DNA of 64,000 nt from a virus (lineage: Duplodnaviria > Caudoviricetes), in the IMG/VR virus record IMGVR_UViG_2775506945_000003. One strand, written 5' to 3'. Within the stretch, counting starts at the first letter, position 1. Every line of letters begins with the position of its first letter. Both the position numbers and the translations under genes were made by a program. Shown here piece after piece: positions 8,721-18,534 of this stretch. Below the pieces are notes generated by a model. That model was not told where the DNA came from and did not search any database. It worked only from the letters and a program-made list of their open reading frames with translations.

Positions 8721-9301
8721 ACCGGCAGGCCTGACATGTCGCCGCCCTTTTGCACGCCGCCGTGGGCGTGGCTGTGCAGGGTGATGCCGTTGGAAGTGAA
8801 GCCGCCGCCGCTGTGGGTGAAGCCGCCGCTGAATGTACCGGCGCCGGTACCGTTGATGCCCGCTGTGTAGGTGAGTAGCCCGCCTACCGTCACCGCCTGG
8901 CTGAAGGTCGCCAGCGGCGTCGTCACCGCCACGCCGTCGCTGGCGTTGACGATGAAGCGGCGGCACGTCAGCGTGGCGTTGCCCTGGTCGTCAAACAGGA
9001 ACAGCACGCCGGCGGCGTTGTAGGTGGCGCTTTCGCCTGCCTTCAGCCCCTTGGGCCGGTGCTCCTCGTTGTCCACGGCCACCGCCACCAGGTGGTCGCG
9101 GCTGCCGCCCACCGCCACCATCACCGGCACGCTGCCGGCTGGCGGGTGGCTGGTGGCGCCGAAGTTTTGCGCCCTCTCAACCTCGTCGCGGGTTTCGCCG
9201 TCCAGCGCGGAGATCTGCAGCAGCTGCAGGCCGCCGGCGTCGTTCACCAGATTGACGATGCCCCGCGCCACCATCAGCCGCATTTTTTGTAACGGATTCA
9301 T
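8717..9301 (-). CDS. Baseplate spike (Mu gp45 / gpV)
   Basis: VERAQNFG.TSHPPAG; C-terminal HxH GGVQKG. Confidence 0.9.
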   Translation of the reverse strand: MNPLQKMRLMVARGIVNLVNDAGGLQLLQISALDGETRDEVERAQNFGATSHPPAGSVPVMVAVGGSRDHLVAVAVDNEEHRPKGLKAGESATYNAAGVLFLFDDQGNATLTCRRFIVNASDGVAVTTPLATFSQAVTVGGLLTYTAGINGTGAGTFSGGFTHSGGGFTSNGITLHSHAHGGVQKGGDMSGLPV

Positions 9302-10425
9302 AGGCTGCCCCAATCGTCATCGTCTTTTTTCTTCTTGCCGTGCTTGTCGCCCTTGCCGCTGGCCAGGCCGTGCTTGCTGGTGCCGTGCGAGCTCATCTTG
9401 GCCGTGCGCACGCCGGACAACAGGTCGAAGGCTCGCGGGTCGGCGATCTCCAGGTCGCACACCGTGCCGTCATTGGCGTTTTTCAGGTAGGTCACGCTGA
9501 CAATCAGCGCCTCGGCGCGGAGGCGCAGCCGCGGCGCGTTCACCGTCACCCGCAGACCGGGTGCCCATAGCGGCCCAGCGTCGCCGGCCTGCCGCCAGCT
9601 CTGCACCCGGATGGTGGCGCGGTTGGCGCGCCCGCGGCGCACCGTGCATTCCCATTGCGCGCGCTCGGCGGCGCTGGGGCCGTGGGCGTTGTCTTCCGCC
9701 AGCACGATCAGCGGCCGGTGGCGGGTGACGCTGGCGTCCGTGGCTTTGCCCTTCACCGCGTGTTGGGCGTGGCCGCGCGCCTGGCCTTTGACGATGTATT
9801 CGCTGTAGCGCTCGCGCCAGCTGAACCGGCCGTCGGCCCGCAGGATGTTGTCGCCCTCGTTGAGCGCGGTCTGGGCGTGGTCGGTGCCGGGCAGATCGAT
9901 CACCAGCCGGCCGCGGCCGTCGGTCCACATCATCAGCGCCTGCTGCCGCGCCGCGCGCTCCATGCAGTCGAACACCGTTTCCCCCTCCTCGATGTTGAAC
10001 GAAGGGATGGCCTGGTTCGCCGCGCCGGCGCGCGCGCCCACCGCCACTTCCACGCCAAACGGCGCCAGCAGGTCGCGGGCGATGCGGGCCAGGCTGGCAC
10101 CCTTCCACTGGCCGGTTTTGTGGATGGCGCTGCTGTCCACCAGATCCGCCGTTTTGTCCCGGCCGGAAACGTGGAACCAGGTGTTGGACGCGTCGTAGCC
10201 CGGGTTGCATTCGTCCACGTAGCCGGTCACCACCGGCTCGCCGTCTATGGTCAGCACCGCGCGCTGCCCAGGCACGATCGGCCGCGGCTGCTCCTGCCCT
10301 GGCCATCGCTCCGTCACCTGCAGGCTGAACTGGCCGGCCAGCTGCTCAAGCCCGCGCTGGATCTCGATATCGGTCCAGCCGCCATAAATCTGCCCGCCTA
10401 CCCGCAGCTCGCACACGTCAGCCAT
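9298..10425 (-). CDS. Baseplate hub (Mu gpP/gp44)
   Basis: YGGW, GRDKTADLVDSS, GETVFD, ERAQWE. Confidence 0.9.
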   Translation of the reverse strand: MADVCELRVGGQIYGGWTDIEIQRGLEQLAGQFSLQVTERWPGQEQPRPIVPGQRAVLTIDGEPVVTGYVDECNPGYDASNTWFHVSGRDKTADLVDSSAIHKTGQWKGASLARIARDLLAPFGVEVAVGARAGAANQAIPSFNIEEGETVFDCMERAARQQALMMWTDGRGRLVIDLPGTDHAQTALNEGDNILRADGRFSWRERYSEYIVKGQARGHAQHAVKGKATDASVTRHRPLIVLAEDNAHGPSAAERAQWECTVRRGRANRATIRVQSWRQAGDAGPLWAPGLRVTVNAPRLRLRAEALIVSVTYLKNANDGTVCDLEIADPRAFDLLSGVRTAKMSSHGTSKHGLASGKGDKHGKKKKDDDDWGSL

Positions 10426-11740
10426 CGCGCAGCACCTCCAGCCGCCCGGCCGGCACAAATCCGGGATGGCGCACGCCGTTGCGCGCCACCAGGTCCTCCG
10501 CCACATCCACGCCGCCGGTGGCCTGATAGGCCACCACCAGCGCCGGCAGCGTGGCGTGGGTGGTGATGATGTCCAGCTCCGCCAGCGTCGGCGCCCGCGC
10601 CGTCAAGCTGCGCGCCACCGCCTGGCGCAGCGCCTGCATGGCCGGATACAACGTGTCCGGCGCCGCCTGCAGCTCTACGTTCAGCGCGTCCAGGATCACT
10701 TCCCGCGCCTGCTGCAGTTCGGCCTTGCTCTCGAACTGCGCGCGTGGAATGGAGCGCGCCGCCTCGATCACCAGCACCCGGCGCACGTAGTCGGTAAGCG
10801 AGGGCGGCATCAGCGGCAAGGTCTGCGGGAGGCTGGATTGGCCGGCGCCGCGGCCGGCAGCCGGCATTCCGCCGGAAGATGCGCCGCCGCCAGCGCGCTG
10901 CTGGCTGGCGATGCGCTGGGCGGCAGCCACCGCCCAGCCTGGGCGGGAACTGGCCGCGGACGGCGCATCGGCTGGCCGCCGGCCGCGGTTGGGCTCCAGC
11001 GTCTGGTACGGGTGCAGCACGTCGCCGCGCAGCAGCTTGCGCCAGCTGGACAGCCCGGAAAACGGATTGCGCAGCCGGCCGATCAGCGACTGAATGCGGC
11101 CCTGAATTCGCCCCACCAGCGCCAGCGGCGCGTTGATGATGCGTTGCACGGCGTTGATGATGCGGTCCACCGCAGCCAGCGCCTGGTCCAGCGGCGCCAG
11201 GAAACTCTCCAGTGTGGCGCATACCTGCTCCACCACGGCTGCGGCTTCCTCAGCCAGCCCGGCGATGTCGTCCAACCAGCTGCTGGACAGCTCGTCCGCG
11301 CTGGTCGCCAGCGCCTCGTCCGCCGCCTCGTCCAGCTGGGCGTCGGTATCGTCCGTAGCGGCCGGCTCCAGGTTCTGGCCGGCCTCCACGAACACCATTT
11401 CCACCTCGGTGGCGCCGCCGACAAAATCCGGATCGCGCACCGTCGCCTTGCTCTGCAGCTGGCACAGCAGCCGGCCGTGGTAAGGGTGATCCAGCTCGCC
11501 CGGGCCTGGCGCTTCCAGGTCGTCCAGCAGCAGCTGCAGATCCTGCTTGGCCGTGGGGCCGATGAACAACGCGGTGACGCGGTACACCCGCGCCGCGCGG
11601 CCCAGATCCTCACCGTAGGGGATGTCCCGGTACGGGTATTCGTGCAGCACGTTGCGCCGGCCGACCTCCGCGCCGGCGCTCTTGAAGTAGAACGGCCGGC
11701 CGCGCCAGCTGCCATAGATCGGGTCCGGTTTGGCCGCCAT
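10418..11740 (-). CDS. Mu N-like DNA circularisation / tail protein
   Basis: SWRG.PF..GRR..HEYPYRD..EDLGR; C-terminal RNGVRHPGFVP. Confidence 0.9.
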   Translation of the reverse strand: MAAKPDPIYGSWRGRPFYFKSAGAEVGRRNVLHEYPYRDIPYGEDLGRAARVYRVTALFIGPTAKQDLQLLLDDLEAPGPGELDHPYHGRLLCQLQSKATVRDPDFVGGATEVEMVFVEAGQNLEPAATDDTDAQLDEAADEALATSADELSSSWLDDIAGLAEEAAAVVEQVCATLESFLAPLDQALAAVDRIINAVQRIINAPLALVGRIQGRIQSLIGRLRNPFSGLSSWRKLLRGDVLHPYQTLEPNRGRRPADAPSAASSRPGWAVAAAQRIASQQRAGGGASSGGMPAAGRGAGQSSLPQTLPLMPPSLTDYVRRVLVIEAARSIPRAQFESKAELQQAREVILDALNVELQAAPDTLYPAMQALRQAVARSLTARAPTLAELDIITTHATLPALVVAYQATGGVDVAEDLVARNGVRHPGFVPAGRLEVLRDG

Positions 11741-13926
11741 CAGTTGGCCCCCTGCATGGTGCGGCCCACGTTCATGGTGGTGGTCGGGCCCAGCGGCTTG
11801 GTGCGGGTTTCCACCTGCAACCCTGGCGGCGCGTGGATCACCACATCCACCGTGCCGCCTATCTTGGTCTGCTTCACCTGGTTCAGCAGCGCCTCGGTCA
11901 CTTGCTGGTTCTGGCCGAACACCTGGGCCAGATTGTCGCCGCCGACCGGCAGCTGCGGCCCCGGGGTCTTGAGACCAGCAAGCCAGGCCTCATTGCTCTT
12001 GCCCTGCTGCTGATCCATCAGGTACTTGCGCACCCATTGCTCTTCTTCGTTGTCAAAGCTGCCCAGTTGGTACCACGGCTTGTAACGGTTCCGTGCAGCC
12101 TCCACCAGACCTTTCCCGTATCGCTTCTCCAGGTCCGTGCGCACCTGTGCGCCCTTGTGCAGCTCGTCTTTTTCGTCCTGCGGGGTGTACAGCAAAGCGA
12201 TCATCGTTTGAATGGCCGCCAGCCAGCCGGCGGCCTTGGCTCCGGCCAATGTCTCGGCCTTCGCGACTGGTTTGACTCCCAGTTGCTCCAGCAGCCCGGG
12301 CTTGCGGGCGATGGCTTGCTCCACCGCTGAAGCACCCGCGCCACCTGGAAGTGGCGTGCCCCCCTTCCCTCCCCGCCCTCCAGTGAAAAAAGACAACAGT
12401 CCACCACCTACTACTGCCGTACCCAAGACTTGAATGGCAGTAGCTGCTCCATCAGCTGCCGTCGTCAACGTCGGGAACGTGCGTGCATATGGAATTATCT
12501 TGTCGACCAGGTCGCCAAACGCCTTGTTCAATGGCGACATAGCATCCTGATTCGCCATGGTCTTCTCGTTTTTCAGCTGATCCGCTTTGAAATCGGGCGT
12601 GGCGGCGATCAGGTCGTAATTGGTCTGCCCGGTGCCGGCAGCCTTGGGCAGCTTGGCCTCGATGTCCTTCACGTACTTGCGGTTGTTGATCAGCGCCAAT
12701 AGCGCCATCATCGCCTGCCGGTCCTGAACCAGCTTGCCCACGATGGAGCCTTGCCGCAGGTTCTGCAGACTCTCCCACACCGCGTCTTGGTCTTCGCCCT
12801 TGGCCTTGGCCTGCTGCATCCGCGCGGCGATCTTCTTGGACACCGGGTCCTTCTGCATCAGTCTGTCGATGATGGCGGCGAAAGCATCCACGCCATCCAT
12901 GCCCTTTTTCAAACGGGCTTGCGCCAGCTCCTTGGGCAGGTTGATGCCGATCTTTTTGGCATCGTGAACCGTGTCCTGGCTATTGATCTTCTGCAGCAGG
13001 TTCACCAGGTTATTGCCGGCTTCGTCCTTGGTGCCGGCGGTGATCACCGCCGCCTGGTTGAGCGCCAGCAACTTGCCCAGGCCCGCCATGCCGGACAGGC
13101 CGATGGAGCGCCCGGCCGCCATCTGCTGCGGCAGCCATTTGGACATGTCCTTGAGTTCGAAACCGCCTTCCTGGCCGGCCTTGATCGCCATATCCAGCGC
13201 CAGCGGCATCTGGTCTTCCTTGATGCCGAAGCTCTGCAACGAGCGGATGGCGATGTTGCCCAGCTCTTTGGAATCCGCGCCGCTAGCTGTCGAGTACTTT
13301 TGCAGCGTGGGCAGCAGCTTCATGGCCGTGGCCTGGCTCACTGCTCCGGACGCCAGCAGGTTGTCCAGCGTCTCCGCCGCGCCATCTATCGTGCCGCCAC
13401 CAACCCGCACCGCGCCGCGAATGGCTTTGTCCAGCTCGCCCATACCTTTCTGGCGGCCAGCCAGATTACGCTCCGCAAACGCCGTATTGGCCATGCCCGC
13501 CAGCCGGCGCTCATAACTCATGGTCTCCTTCATCGGCCCGCTCAACGCGTATCCGCCGACAGCCATGCCCACCGCCAAACCGCCCGCCTTGCGCAGCCGC
13601 TCGGTGGTTTTTTCCAGCGTGGAAAGCTGGCGCCACGCCTCCCGGCTTTCGCGCCGTACCTTGGAGAGGTCGCCCAGCAATCGGCCGAAATAGCTGCCGC
13701 GGCCAAGCTCCGCCATGGCCTGGCCAGCCTGGCGCATGGCGCGGCCAATCGCGCTACCCTGCAGCGTGGCCTCGCGTCCCACCCCGTGCAGCGAGCGGTT
13801 CACATTGGCCAGGCTGCGGCCGATGGTGTCGCTGTTGCGACCGGTGGCAGACGTTGCCTGCGCCAGCGCCTTCTCATAGGCGCTGGGGTCGGCAGCGATG
13901 CGGACTTTCAGTTCCAAGCTATCCAT
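11740..13926 (-). CDS. Tape measure protein
   Basis: 728 aa helical; GGFELKDM core; follows chaperone. Confidence 0.9.
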   Translation of the reverse strand: MDSLELKVRIAADPSAYEKALAQATSATGRNSDTIGRSLANVNRSLHGVGREATLQGSAIGRAMRQAGQAMAELGRGSYFGRLLGDLSKVRRESREAWRQLSTLEKTTERLRKAGGLAVGMAVGGYALSGPMKETMSYERRLAGMANTAFAERNLAGRQKGMGELDKAIRGAVRVGGGTIDGAAETLDNLLASGAVSQATAMKLLPTLQKYSTASGADSKELGNIAIRSLQSFGIKEDQMPLALDMAIKAGQEGGFELKDMSKWLPQQMAAGRSIGLSGMAGLGKLLALNQAAVITAGTKDEAGNNLVNLLQKINSQDTVHDAKKIGINLPKELAQARLKKGMDGVDAFAAIIDRLMQKDPVSKKIAARMQQAKAKGEDQDAVWESLQNLRQGSIVGKLVQDRQAMMALLALINNRKYVKDIEAKLPKAAGTGQTNYDLIAATPDFKADQLKNEKTMANQDAMSPLNKAFGDLVDKIIPYARTFPTLTTAADGAATAIQVLGTAVVGGGLLSFFTGGRGGKGGTPLPGGAGASAVEQAIARKPGLLEQLGVKPVAKAETLAGAKAAGWLAAIQTMIALLYTPQDEKDELHKGAQVRTDLEKRYGKGLVEAARNRYKPWYQLGSFDNEEEQWVRKYLMDQQQGKSNEAWLAGLKTPGPQLPVGGDNLAQVFGQNQQVTEALLNQVKQTKIGGTVDVVIHAPPGLQVETRTKPLGPTTTMNVGRTMQGAN

Positions 13927-14349
13927 CGTCGTTTTCTTGAGTCAGCCGTGACAGGTAATGGCGGTAACGCCACTCGGGGAGCGCCAGGATTTCGGACTCG
14001 GTCATGCTGGTGCGGGTGAGCAGCAGCAGCACGCCGTCCCAAAACCCGACCCGACGCTCCCCGCTTATTCCCCCGCTTTCTGCAGCGTGTTCAGGCCGTC
14101 AGTAAGCAGGTTGAAGTCCTCGGGCTCAAGGTCGCGCAACATGCCCAGGCTGAACGGGCCGGTGAATTCGTCGGCGCTCACGGCCACCTGGGCGATCAGC
14201 GCCGTGCGGAACGCAAACAGGTTGCTGGCCGGCGCGTCCTGCTCCGCGTCGATCAGGTCGCCCAACTTCGGCGCGCGCAAGGTAATGGACTTATAGGTGT
14301 GCTGGCCGACTTTCAGGCCGTGCTTCAGGGGAATGGTTTTGGTGCTCAT
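13919..14349 (-). CDS. Tail assembly chaperone (14065-14349) with predicted -1 frameshift extension to 13919
   Basis: Mu gp41-like; G GGG GAA before stop; -1 frame reads ...MTESEILALPEWRYRHYLSRL. Confidence 0.75.
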
Positions 14350-14397
14350 GCCAGCTCCGGAAAAGGAAAAGAACAGGCGCGGACGCGCCATGCTGGC

Positions 14398-14439
14398 ATT
14401 GTGGGTGGGGTTGGCAGGTGGGATAAGGGGTGGATTTAG
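14398..14439 (-). promoter_or_regulatory. Late promoter motif copy 1 (before tail chaperone / tape measure)
   Basis: CTAAATCCACCCCTTATCCCACC-N13-CACAAT. Confidence 0.7.
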
Positions 14440-14442
14440 ACG

Positions 14443-14680
14443 AAGAAAAGCCCCGCGGATGCGGGGCTCTATGCTGGTACGGCGGGCGTATTCCCCTTGC
14501 GGGTATTGTATTAGCCGCACACCCGGCCATAGGGCGCGCATTGTCCCACCGAATGGGCCAATGACAAACTATAGACGTAAAAATACCGCAAAGCTGACGG
14601 GTGCGGTATCCGCTGTTTGATTCTTAGGTGTTTTGAGCACCAAGTATAACGATAGCCCGCGTTGGCGGACTATATCAAGT
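14443..14680 (-). ncRNA. Structured leader resembling c4/CI-type phage antisense-RNA modules, without antirepressor gene
   Basis: TTGATA promoter, GGTG-CTCAAAA-CACC hairpin, terminator 14579-14610, stem with CCC-GCAA-GGG, terminator 14443-14468. Confidence 0.45.
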
Positions 14681-14706
14681 GAGAGTATAGCAGAGAGTCA
14701 CAAACC

Positions 14707-15552
14707 TCAGATCGGAACATCCATTAGCTCAGGCGCCTGATTAAAAAGCTGATCAATTTCTGGGAAAAAACGCCTCTGCAAACGCATCTGCCCAAATACA
14801 AAGCAGTGCGGACTCCTTCTCAAACTGTCAACCATCTTAAAACGACGTACATTGCTTATATTTTCAATATTTCTAATACGAACATACTCATTCAACCTTG
14901 CCATAAAACCATCAAAAGCATTAGCTCGCGCATGCAAGAGCAAATCTCTATTTAGATCAACCGCCCTGATAGTAAACTCCGCTCGAGCAAGGGTAGTTCC
15001 AGCTACGCCATACTTGGGAACCACCTCAAAAGTACCCGGTAAAAAATGGCCATTTAAAACCCCACCAATATCCAACTCCAAATACGATGCAGGATCATCC
15101 ACTCTAGGGTTAATAAAAACCGAATTCGAGAACGGGGGAGGAATCACCGGATCATTGCGTCCCCGATGAAACTCCACGCTATTATTATCATTATCAAAAT
15201 ACGCATACTTATTACCCTTCCTAACATTACACACCCCGCAAGAGAATATATAGTTACTCCAATCAAATGCTAGGTCGGGGAAATAATTTTTGGGATCAAC
15301 ATGTTCAATTTCGTCAGCCGCAGAGTCCCCACAGTACCCGCATCGAACAATTCCCGTGCTCATTATAGATAGTTGGCTTCTCACACTCGAAAAAGCCTTT
15401 TTCCAAGCGACCCTATCATTCTTTGCATCCCACAATTGAGATGCTCTTGCAACACGCCGGGAATAATCAAGCTCGGATGCCACCAGTTCACTCAATTGAT
15501 TCAACGCATCAACTGCATGTGGCGGCAATGGCAAGGCCGTCAGTCTTAACAT
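14707..15552 (-). CDS. ptuB: HNH endonuclease, Septu PtuB-like
   Basis: CGYC..EIEHVDPK..DWSNY..CGVCN..KG; low GC; downstream of ATPase. Confidence 0.7.
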   Translation of the reverse strand: MLRLTALPLPPHAVDALNQLSELVASELDYSRRVARASQLWDAKNDRVAWKKAFSSVRSQLSIMSTGIVRCGYCGDSAADEIEHVDPKNYFPDLAFDWSNYIFSCGVCNVRKGNKYAYFDNDNNSVEFHRGRNDPVIPPPFSNSVFINPRVDDPASYLELDIGGVLNGHFLPGTFEVVPKYGVAGTTLARAEFTIRAVDLNRDLLLHARANAFDGFMARLNEYVRIRNIENISNVRRFKMVDSLRRSPHCFVFGQMRLQRRFFPEIDQLFNQAPELMDVPI

Positions 15553-15564
15553 ATAAGTACCTTA

Positions 15565-16866
15565 CTAGCCTGCCACAGTTGAAGACGCTGTTGGCAGAGC
15601 CGTGCTCAGCTCAAGCAGACGCTTTTGCTCTTCCTCAGAAAGTTCACCCCTCAATGACTTTCTATTTAATACCGCCAATTCTTGCAACATTTCTTTTGAC
15701 GCTTCAGACCGTGTAACATTTACACCAAAAAATTCTGTCCCATAAGCATCCATTATCGATCCATAAACAAGTCGACTCAGCTCAGTGCCTTGAATTCTAC
15801 GTGACAGTTCATTCGAGCCAGGATTGGGAAGGTACCAAACCGAGTCAGCCCCCTGGCAGATTATTGGGCTATGGGTTGAAACAATAAATTGTATTCTCGG
15901 AAAACAACTCTTAAACCAAAGGCCAATTTTTTTCTGCCACGATGGGTGCAAATGAGTATCTACCTCATCAATTGCAACCACACCATCCAGCTCCAGGCAT
16001 TTGTCATGAACATTCAACGAGCTGATTACCTTCTCCATTCCGTACGACTTTGTCATTAATCTAAATATTTCAAATATCATCGACAAGACAGAACGATACC
16101 CATCACTCATTTGATCAACACGAACCAATGCACCCGACGCATCTAATATACGAACTGCATCACTAGTCACTTCACTTACTGTTGAGCCATGAGGCAACAG
16201 TTTCGAACCATTCAAGAACTCAATAAGTTTATCCAGCAGCCTTCCTTCAATTGCATAATTATTCTCAAGCTGCCTAACTTTCAGATCACTCAACCAACGC
16301 AACCCCTCAGTCAATGCGACATCCTCCCCAAAAGCAGAGAGGTGAGGAGCAAGTTTAGGATTTGAATAAAACAATCGATCAAGTGAAGCATCTCCACCTG
16401 AAAATCTTCTAAATGGCCCAAAAGATGCAGAGAACCAACCGGGGTTCGTCCCCCATATTGATCGCTCACCAACAATCTTACCCGCCCCACCTGAAACAAC
16501 CTCAGCGATATCACCGCCAAAACTACGTTCTACTTTCCTAATCTCAATATCAATATCAATTCGACTATTTGCACGCCCCTTTCCAGTGTAAATATCATTC
16601 ACACCGGCAACCAATTGCAAATTGATCTTCGCTTGATCATGTCCGCGCGGCAACCAATTCTGCCAATCCTGTCGCAAAGCAACAGACTCTCGCGGACCAG
16701 CGAAAGCTAAAGCTAACGACCTAATAATGCTTGACTTGCCCGCTCCATTGGCACCAAGAATTACATGCCACCCTGCACATTCCTCATTGAAATTGACCCG
16801 AAATTCGAAACTTCGAATAGATCTTACATTTGTCACTGCCAAGCGCCGAACATACATAGGCACCAC
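15565..16866 (-). CDS. ptuA: ABC-type AAA ATPase, Septu PtuA-like
   Basis: GANGAGKSS, MSDGY, IDEVDTHLHPSWQ, STHSP. Confidence 0.75.
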   Translation of the reverse strand: MVPMYVRRLAVTNVRSIRSFEFRVNFNEECAGWHVILGANGAGKSSIIRSLALAFAGPRESVALRQDWQNWLPRGHDQAKINLQLVAGVNDIYTGKGRANSRIDIDIEIRKVERSFGGDIAEVVSGGAGKIVGERSIWGTNPGWFSASFGPFRRFSGGDASLDRLFYSNPKLAPHLSAFGEDVALTEGLRWLSDLKVRQLENNYAIEGRLLDKLIEFLNGSKLLPHGSTVSEVTSDAVRILDASGALVRVDQMSDGYRSVLSMIFEIFRLMTKSYGMEKVISSLNVHDKCLELDGVVAIDEVDTHLHPSWQKKIGLWFKSCFPRIQFIVSTHSPIICQGADSVWYLPNPGSNELSRRIQGTELSRLVYGSIMDAYGTEFFGVNVTRSEASKEMLQELAVLNRKSLRGELSEEEQKRLLELSTALPTASSTVAG

Positions 16867-16917
16867 CTACTTTAAGTTGTGTATATGCGAAGTATTTCAT
16901 ACTTTAAGTTGCATGCC

Positions 16918-17001
16918 AAAAGAAGAAACCCCAGCCACAAGGCCAGGGTTCAGGTCGGTTGCCACACCGTAGCACTACAAGAGGAGAACGCCATGAAGCG
17001 C
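16918..17001 (-). ncRNA. Predicted ~85 nt sRNA whose 5' seed is antisense to the RBS of the short recombinase
   Basis: -10 CATACT at 17013-17008; 18/21 complementarity to 2206-2226; terminator 16918-16950. Confidence 0.5.
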
Positions 17002-17045
17002 AGGGTCAGTATGGCCGGCGCCTGGCGGTGCAAACAGGGGTGGAG

Positions 17046-18523
17046 TCAGATCAGTTCCGCCGGGTCTCCAGCCATGGTCATATCCACCTTGTTGCCCTTC
17101 AGCTCCACCTCACCCACCGTGCCGGCATTGGCCACCAGGTAGCGCTGGCCGCTGTCAGTTTCAAAAATCAGCGTCACGTCCTCCAACTGCTGCAACGCCA
17201 CCACATCCTCGTCACTATTAATCCGGCAGTAATAATCCGTACAGATTGTATACTTCCGGCATGGAAAAAATCGATGTGCGCAAGCTTGAACTGGCCGCCC
17301 GTGAGCAGCTGAGGCGTACCGCTATCCGGATGTACAAGCGAGGCCGGTCTCAAGCCAGTATTGCCGAAGAACTCGGGCTGCGCCGCCCCACCATTTCCGC
17401 CTGGGTGGTGCGTGAGGCAGCACTAGGTGCGCAGGGATTCAAAGAACAGAAGCGCGGTCGCGCCGAAGGCACCGGCCGTCGGCTGACCGAGGCGCAGGAA
17501 GCCCGGATCAAGCAGGACATCGTGGATCGCACGCCAGACCAGATGAAGCTGAGGTTTGCCCTGTGGAGTGCTCAGGCGGTCAAGGCTGTAATCAAGCAGA
17601 TGTTTCTGATCGATCTGCCGATCCGTACTGTCCGTCTGTACTTGGCCCGCTGGGGCTTTACGCCGCAGCGCCCGCTCAAACGCGCTTATGAGCAGCGACC
17701 GGCAGCAGTCGAGAAATGGCTCAAGGAGGAATACCCGGCTATCGTCGCGCGTGCCAAAGCGGAAATGGCTGAAATCAGCTGGGGCGACGAATCGGCGGTG
17801 TCGAGTGTTGAGCACTTTCCGCGTGGCTACGCCCCAAAAGGCCAAACCCCAGTTCTGGTGTTATCCCAATCGAAAAGAGCGCGCATCAACTTGATTTCGG
17901 CCATTACCAACCAAGGCAAGATGCGCTTCATGCTGTACCGGGAGACCTTGACGGCCCGGGTGCTGATCAAGTTTCTGATGCGGCTGATCCGTGATGCTGG
18001 CGGCAAGAAGGTGTTCTTGATCCTCGACAACTTGCGCGTGCATCACAGCAAGCTGGTGCAAGCATGGTTGGAGGAGGAAGAGAACAAGAAGGCGATTGAG
18101 TTGTTCTTCCTGCCCAGCTACTCACCGGAACTGAACCCGGATGAATACTTGAACGGCGACCTGAAGGCCAGAATGAGCGCAGGTGAGCCGGTTCGATCAG
18201 ACGGTCAACTTCAAGGGAAAGTGCTGTCCCATTTACGCTCATTGCAGAAGCAGCCGGCCAGAATCCGGTCGTACTTCCGGCATGAAAAAATCCGCTACGC
18301 GGCATGAGCTTTCTGTACGGTATTTGACTGCCGGATTAATAGCATGGCGCAGCGAAAATTTCACCTCTCCGCCGATCACCTCCTTGGTGGCCAGACCGCA
18401 GGGGCCGTTGGCGTCCTTGATCTGCTCGCGGATCTTGCCGCCCACCTTCAGGCTGGCGTCGCCCTCGCTACGTTTTTTCTGGCCATTGAGCGTGATGTAC
18501 ACCACGCCGGTCATGCGTGCCAT
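17046..18523 (-). pseudogene. Tail tube protein (Mu M-like) interrupted by IS630
   Basis: Removing the IS and one TA restores frame ...FSLRHA-SDEDVV... Confidence 0.9.
17218..18339 (+). mobile_element. IS630-family element copy 1 (transposase 17246-18307)
   Basis: TIR TTAATCCGGCAGT; TA duplication at CTAG; DDE motifs WGDES, ILDNLRVH, SPELNPDE. Confidence 0.95.
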
Positions 18524-18534
18524 ATCGGGTTCCT

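Noticed and set aside
14665-14680. GATATAGTCC, resembling group I intron P7
   Set aside because: No other intron core; better explained as a promoter/hairpin
14707-17040. Retron (type I-A) system
   Set aside because: No reverse transcriptase in the window and no clear msr/msd
16993-17142. Plus-strand ORF with strong SD (MKRRVSM...)
   Set aside because: Overlaps the tube gene antisense; promoter and terminator polarity favour a minus-strand RNA, though this ORF is not fully excluded
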